64,000 nt of DNA, taken from positions 25,296,001 to 25,360,000 of the forward strand of contig CM119379.1 of NCBI GenBank assembly GCA_051294905.1. The letters are read 5' to 3'. Positions 57,401 to 64,000 of the stretch are shown here, piece by piece. Below the pieces are notes generated by a model that worked only from the letters and a program-made list of their open reading frames with translations, searched no databases and had not been told where the DNA came from. Source of the DNA: Botryllus schlosseri. Its lineage: Eukaryota. Each line of letters starts with the position of its first letter. Position 1 is the first letter of the stretch. Made by a program: the position numbers and the translations under genes.

Positions 57401-60400
57401 CGCGCGTTCACATCTACATTTTGGACTCGAGTCAAATTTGTCGTGGAGGGTTTTCTAGACAGTCTAACAATTTATCAGTGAATCCCTGGAATCCGAAAAA
57501 AAAAGTCATTTTTGAGTGACCCTAGTGTCAATGCCCGGATTAAAGCAATTCGAAATAGTATTTACTACCAGCTGTCTTATTTCTTAACTATTCTATTCTA
57601 CCTGTGCTGTTATCAGTCACAAGTTGCAACAAAATATATAGTAACCTTTAGGATTAGATCGCCAGGCTATCCGCAAAGCAGCCGGATGAGAATGTATACC
57701 GTCGGTGATCATCCCATAATATACTTTTCTTTCTCTTGCAGTTTTTTTACTCGTTAATAACCCGACAACGCCTGGATCTCTGAAAAACACGCAACGCAAT
57801 GAATTCAAGGTAAAAACAATCATGCAGACGTAACGGACAGACTTGACCGACTGGAGAATCCTGCTTGTCAAATAGACTAATTAGAGCAATTTTCAGGTAA
57901 TTTAATTCTAATCTACTTCGTGAAATGCTTCTACATTCTCATTTGAGTTCCAATCTAATTTCAATATAATATTCACATAGCCAAATTTATTCCACTCTAA
58001 GCTTCTAGACTAACTCTCATCAGGGGCGAACGTCAGTAAATTTGGCAATCCGAATATATTGTTGGCTGATATATTGATGCTCTGTACTTGCAAAAGCCTA
58101 ATACAATTTCTGGTTTTCTGGAACATGCTACAGCAGGACCTTATAGGACTTCCGAAACGAGCCAAAGTTGGTGTACAGACATTTGCTATTCTCAGTTTCA
58201 CAAAAATACCCAAGTTTTACTTACTCAAGCAGTCAATCAGATATGATTTTAGCCTACTTCCATTTTGACCTGACATTTTTCGGATTTTCGGCAAAACTAG
58301 GATTTAAACTGCAACTTAAATGTAATATCGGAAACTTTATTGAATGTATTTTTCATACTAGATGTGTCTATGTGGTTATATTGAAGTTTCTGCAAGAGAC
58401 CACTAACCTGATTGTGATTGTTCGGTATGTTTCATTTCTCTAATTAATGGAAGAGCTCCCGATTTCTAACATTTTGGAACTGAGAAAGAAAATTCTAACA
58501 TATCTGGCGGACCGGGTTGTAACCAAGTCACAAGTCATTCTCACTTTTACAGTTTTGAATCGAATCAAGTCGAGTCATTTTCAATTCACCGCCGAGTCAA
58601 GTCTGAGAACAAGTCAGCTAGTAGAGGATCGAGTCCGAGTCCAACTCATTATGTTCACTGTTCAGTTTTCAGTTCAATCCGATTCAACCCACTTTTTGAA
58701 CTCAGCTCGAGTGATATAGAATGGCTCGCATTTATAACAGCAATTTTCTTAAGTTTTAACAGTTTCTGGCCCTATTTTTCAAGTATCAAGACTGATAGAC
58801 GAAATACCAATAATGCGGTAACTTAACTATTCTTTGAATTTACAATGATAGGTCTGTCTTGGCTGTCCCAGTCTCGAGTCATATGACTTGGTTCGAGTAA
58901 TGCACAATGACTAGAGTACAAGTCGAGTCAATACAAAAATTGACACGAGTGAAGTCATTTTACGCATTTGAAAAAACTACTCGAGTCAATTCACCAAAAA
59001 ATAGCGACTTGACTTGAGTCATTACATTACAACCCTGCCGATGGCCGAGAACCACTGGACTAGAACACTCCATTTGAGATTGCTACATGTACTTGAGCAG
59101 GAATTCACTATGTTGCTTCTACTCAGAGGTCGTCAAAGTAGTGATAGTTGGTACTCAAGTAGAATTAGAAACGTTAATTTTTACTCAAGTATCAATTTGC
59201 AAGCAAGTAAAAATGTAGGTCTTCCAGGCCTAGTTTTGCCTTGAAACTGAAAGCTATGAAGTAGAACTACTTTAAAATCATGACCACTTGAGGAAATAGT
59301 GCAAGTAGTTTTTTTTTACCTTCAGAGTAGGCTACTTTGAAAAGCAGATGTGCAAACGATGTCTACTTTGACCACCCCTGTTGGATACACAATCGGTCAT
59401 ACAAGCGATTCAGTCTAAGTCCGTCTATATCAGTGGTTTTCAACCTCTTTGTCTTTGCGGACCCGCAGACCCCCCCCCCTCCCAAGTTTATACTTTTTTA
59501 TACTTTTTTATATATAAATGTACAAATTCGGTTATCAAACATTTTGCAGATTTGGAGGTTTCGCGGAATCCCCAAAAATGCATCGCGGACCCCCGGTTGA
59601 GAACAACGGGGTCTATATTTCTGAGAAAATACAATCAGAAAAGCATCACTCCCACCTGTGATGAAATGGAAGCATTGCATTGAAGAGATGCGTAATAAAT
59701 GAAGCCCCTTTGTTGACAGCCTCCTCGGCTTTCAGCAAATGACTTGCAGTGTGACCTTGAAATAAAATTGATGCAGTCAGCTATGTAGGTCATGGCGATC
59801 CAATCCCATGTTTACCAGTAGTATTTCATGATTCTTACATTTATTTTATCGCCATCATTCCTATTTATGCCATACAGCCTGACTTTTTTAGGAAGCTCCA
59901 TATCCACATTGATGTATTTGTTGGCTTCCTTGTGTAGAGGCATAATTTTGTAAGCATTTCCAATACTTTTCCATATTTGCAGAGGGACAGGCCCCTGATA
60001 CTATCAAATCATGGTTGAGAGTTCACCATAAACACGTAGTCTATTTTTACAACAAGGTTATCTCGTCTTCTTGACTATATACTATAGGCCCTACACACTC
60101 AGTTGCACTGCTCTCGTCTAGCTTTGTGGCGTAGTTCGTTAGGGGTTGAAATTCTAAATCCCACAACATATTACTTGTTGGTTTTGCACCCCATTAAGGT
60201 CAGGTTTGTCAAGTGGAAGTGGTCACCATTTCACGAAGCAGTGATCAAGCAAAATCTACCTTGAGTACTCAGATTATTATGGTCTTAGACAGGTGGTTGC
60301 CAACCATCAATTTTTGGACAATCACGTGGTTTCTCAGTCAGATTCAAAGTCTCATAGTGTCATTCCGTGAGCAAAAAAACCCATTATGGATATAATATAC

Positions 60401-63400
60401 TCAACGGAAGAATGAGACATAATAATCAATATGCACAAACCTACAGATACGACAATGCCTTTGTTGACTAGCTCTGGAATTGCTTCAATAACGTTTGGAA
60501 CTTCAGGAGCCAAAGTTATGATTTTCACATTTTCGATGCAACCGAAAGTGTCTTGCATCGACTTCAATCCTTTGAAATCGGCCAAAATGTATTGTTCATC
60601 ATGAGCCCCTTTCTTTTTAGCGCTTATGAATGGTCCCTCTAAGTGCCAACCTGTTACAAATTCATAGAGTCAAGATAGCACATTAAAAAAGGCATGGGTA
60701 TGATCATTATCATACCAAGTATGCCAGAGCCCGCTTTGGATCCATTCCTCATACGTAGTTTTGGTAATACCTGTTTGATATAATATTGTTAATTATACAA
60801 CATGAATCATCAGCAAATCAAGGGACACAGTTGTCTCTAAAACATTGTAGGGTTGTTTTTAATTTTACTGCTCATCAAATTTGGCTCGATTCCAAGGTGT
60901 AGAAGCGAAGCTATTGGCGAAAATTTTAAATTTATTAAAAATAAATAATTTTTTTCAAATTTAATTGTTAACCCAATGAAATGGTTGACTTGTCCACAAA
61001 AAATATGCATAACAAATTTGGCTCAATTCCGATCAGTAGAAGCAAAGTCATTGAAGTACGAAATTTGCGATTTTATAAAACAGTATTTACTGTGGAAATT
61101 TTTTCAATTATCAATTACAGAACCACAGAATTTAAATTTTTCCAACTCTAATAGCTTTGGAATTGAACAAAATTAGCCAACCTAACAATTTTATTGAACA
61201 CCCAGTACCATTTGATAAAAAAAAATATTTTTGAACCACCCTAATGCCCGAGTATCGCATGCTGTCCAATGACCACAGTTAAGTGCTACTAAATATAGCC
61301 AGTAACCAAGCTAATTTCAATCCATGTTGTTTTTAATGGAATTCAATGAGACTCAACTCCATGCAAGGCTGGATAGCGGAAGTCAGAGTCACAAGTTGTA
61401 ACGTACATCATTAGTGCAAAGTTCTATAATGTCTCGCGTACTGTGCATCAAATCCATTGGAGTTAACCGACTCGCTCTATTGCTGTTTGCAGATCACGGT
61501 AATGATTAAATTAATAGACTTCACCAAGTCATTTCAATCCCTCATTGTTGGTGACAAAACTATATATTTTGAAATGAACGACAAGCTCAGTTATCTTACT
61601 AATAGGTCATCTTGGATTCCATAAGAAATTTAGTAGTAATGGGTTCTCACACAAACATATTCATTGTAAATCATGAATTCAGCACCAGTGATGAATAATC
61701 TGAACATAAATACTTCGAAAGATGTTGTGTTTACCCTTTTGTATGTTTCTGGTGGAGATGTGACCAGCGTAGGGCAGAAGGAAGTGACGCCATGCTCCAG
61801 TAATCCTTTGGCCACCTTTGACAATCCTTTTTCAACATCCTTATTGGAAGAGAAATCGACTGAAAATCCACCTGGAAGGGAATTCAAAGCTCATAATTTA
61901 ATAACAGGGATCTCTTCGCCCCAATTATTTGAAATTTCATGCCGGTGACATCATATTTGGTGATACGATTGTTCTTTTCAATTCTCTACTAGTTGCTGCA
62001 GACTACCCCTGACGTCTGTCAGTCGAAAACTTTTGGGTATATTTCAATATGAATATGTTATTTAATTGTATATTGAAGTTCTCTACCTCCAAGAAGCTCT
62101 CATAACAGAGATTTGATAACAGCTTTGACTATGACATAACAGATTATCAGCAGAAACTGTTCAATCAAAATCAAATGTTGCATCAAAATTGAAGATTACA
62201 CTGATGCTCAAATATTTATTGAATAGGCCCTATTGTTCATTATTATTATGAAAATGGGATCTTCAAGCAATTAAACTACATGCAGAAAGCACATTAATTT
62301 TTATGGAGAGCAAGTGTATAATATCTCCTATGTGATAAACACTTTGTTCAAACATGATATCTGACTTAACGTACGACAAGGTACCCCTGAGGTGTGTCTA
62401 GAGGCGGAGCAATGTGTAGACACTAAAACACCTCCTTTTAACTAGGCTTACCATACGTCCTTTTTTGAGAGGATTTGTCCTCTTTTTTGACTTTTTTGAA
62501 AGTGTCCTTCCAGGACGCCCTTTTGTCCTCTTTTTAGAGATTTTGTCCTTTTTTTCGAAAATTTAGGTCAGATTTAGAGCAAATTGCGAGCGATATGCCG
62601 CAAATTAGTACAGAAGTGACGCTCCGGCGGGTATTTCGGAGTGAAAAACGGTGATTTTAGCTCTGAGCGAAAAGAAGACCTTTTTTTTAGTCTTCCACTT
62701 GGTAATGTGGGAAAATTCACCGGTTTTTGAGAATTCTTCTCCGGTTTTGCAAGACTGAAATTTCCGAAAAAGTGTCCTCTTTTTAGATTTCCAAAATATG
62801 GTAAGCCTACTTTTAACCCCATCTTAGAAGGCATGTAAACATGCCACATTTGGGGTTATGAATATCGCATTTGACAATGATGATTGATTTCTACACCGTC
62901 AAATGAGTATTTTGAGAAGAAAATTAGCATTATATAAAGTTTTCATTTTCTTTCAGCCATATATTGGTCGTGGTTAACTTTGAAACCATGTGACAAAAGA
63001 AACATGTTCAAGATATGGCCAATAAAATATGAAAATTATACGAAAGCCTGATCTCAAAATTTGGAAAAATAGACATAAGCTATACTTTGATGCCACCACG
63101 ACGATAAGGCAATATCAATATTGAAACTTGAAAAAATCAACAAATTGAAACTTACCGTTGATTTGCAGGTCAATAAAACCTGGAACAATGTAGCAACCAT
63201 GACAGTCAATTTTGAAATCGGCTTTTCTGTGTTCTTCAAAAAATAATTTTCTCGGATTTTCTATCACGCCGTCTCTTACCCAGAGATCTTCCCTGATATG
63301 AAAAACTGATCAAATATCACACCAACGAGACACAGCCTACCAAATTGCCAACAAACCTAATGAACTTATGATCCATTAATATCGTGCAATTATAGAACTG

Positions 63401-63424
63401 ATATATTATACCAGTAACCGTCAT
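54477..63424 (-). CDS. AMDHD2: N-acetylglucosamine-6-phosphate deacetylase; exons 63357-63424, 63156-63292, 61735-61871, 60716-60770, 60441-60650, 59656-59755, 57646-57779, 56220-56349, 54477-54717; ~403 aa
   Basis: YQFYNCTIL...[106 protein letters not shown]. All junctions GT-AG and in phase. Confidence 0.96.
55643..56196. mobile_element. hAT MITE with ATCGG subterminal repeats (AMDHD2 intron)
   Basis: TIR TAGAGGTCGACC / GGTCGACCTCTA. TSD TTTAAAAC / CTTAAAAC. Confidence 0.85.
59431..59610. mobile_element. Charlie-like hAT MITE
   Basis: Termini CAGTGGTTTTCAAC / GTTGAGAACAACGG. TSD GTCTATAT on both sides. Confidence 0.75.
62443..62809. mobile_element. hAT MITE with GTCCT repeats
   Basis: TIR TAGGCTTACCATA / TATGGTAAGCCTA. 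Perfect 8-bp TSD CTTTTAAC. Confidence 0.9.
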
Positions 63425-64000
63425 CACTGCTATCCTTGGGAAATAGTTCACAGACTTCTATTTCATAAAACGCAGAAGTATTATGTAATAGTGTTATATT
63501 CACTCTGCAAAGTGCAAACGATCACGTGAGTCGCATTTTGCAATTGCATCGAGGTCACCTGTTACCCCCTAATCATATTAATAGTCCACTATCATGATTG
63601 CATTGCATCTTTGGAGTGCAAACTAGTTCTAATCAAGAAATAATTCTAATTTCATTCATTCTTACTGAAAGTAGACTGCTTGGACAAATGGACATAAATC
63701 AACCTTTTGCCGTTAACTAATTCATGCAACTTCACTACAGAGTACGTTTCACTGGATGGGTATTTCCCACTGAGCACGAAATAGTTGTAAACAGTCGTAC
63801 CATTGATGTGATCAATTTTGTTAGCACAATCATACCTTTCATATATTGTAAGTATACTCACAATTTTCAACTGGTTTGAAAAAACGAATGTTCCTTTTCG
63901 TCATATATTCAAGTTCAGTTCGCACAATTAGGGTACGTCTGTTGCATGGGATCGCTGCCATATCCCATTGTTACGTCAGGTTCATCTAGTGATGTCACAA

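Overview
Eukaryotic (animal) genomic DNA: AT-rich, intron-containing and TE-dense. It is probably a marine invertebrate chordate such as an ascidian, which is an inference from gene style. All seven recognisable host genes lie on the minus strand. In transcription order they are AMDHD2 (9 coding exons), GNB5 (11 exons), HSPA14 (intronless), FOCAD (intronless, 1762 aa), SRSF1/9-like (4 exons), an intronless YccV/HspQ-domain (FBXO21-like) gene, and UPF1 (first 4 exons, running off the window). Exon structures were rebuilt by hand from GT-AG sites and reading phase. The most striking object is a complete 5.25-kb P-superfamily transposon (6793-12045; ~30-bp TIRs, perfect 7-bp TSD). Its 11-exon THAP/RNase-H transposase stops right after the catalytic core. 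A second, convergent, spliced gene on the opposite strand encodes what looks like the missing P-transposase C-terminal domain, i.e. an apparently split, two-gene P element. A 38-bp TIR-TIR remnant of the same family sits upstream of the SRSF gene. The rest is nested hAT MITEs with 8-bp TSDs, a CACTA-type element, a decayed hATm-like element with ~525-bp inverted ends, a TTAGGG-rich TIR element with a 6-bp TSD, tRNA-derived SINEs and CR1/L2-group LINE fragments.
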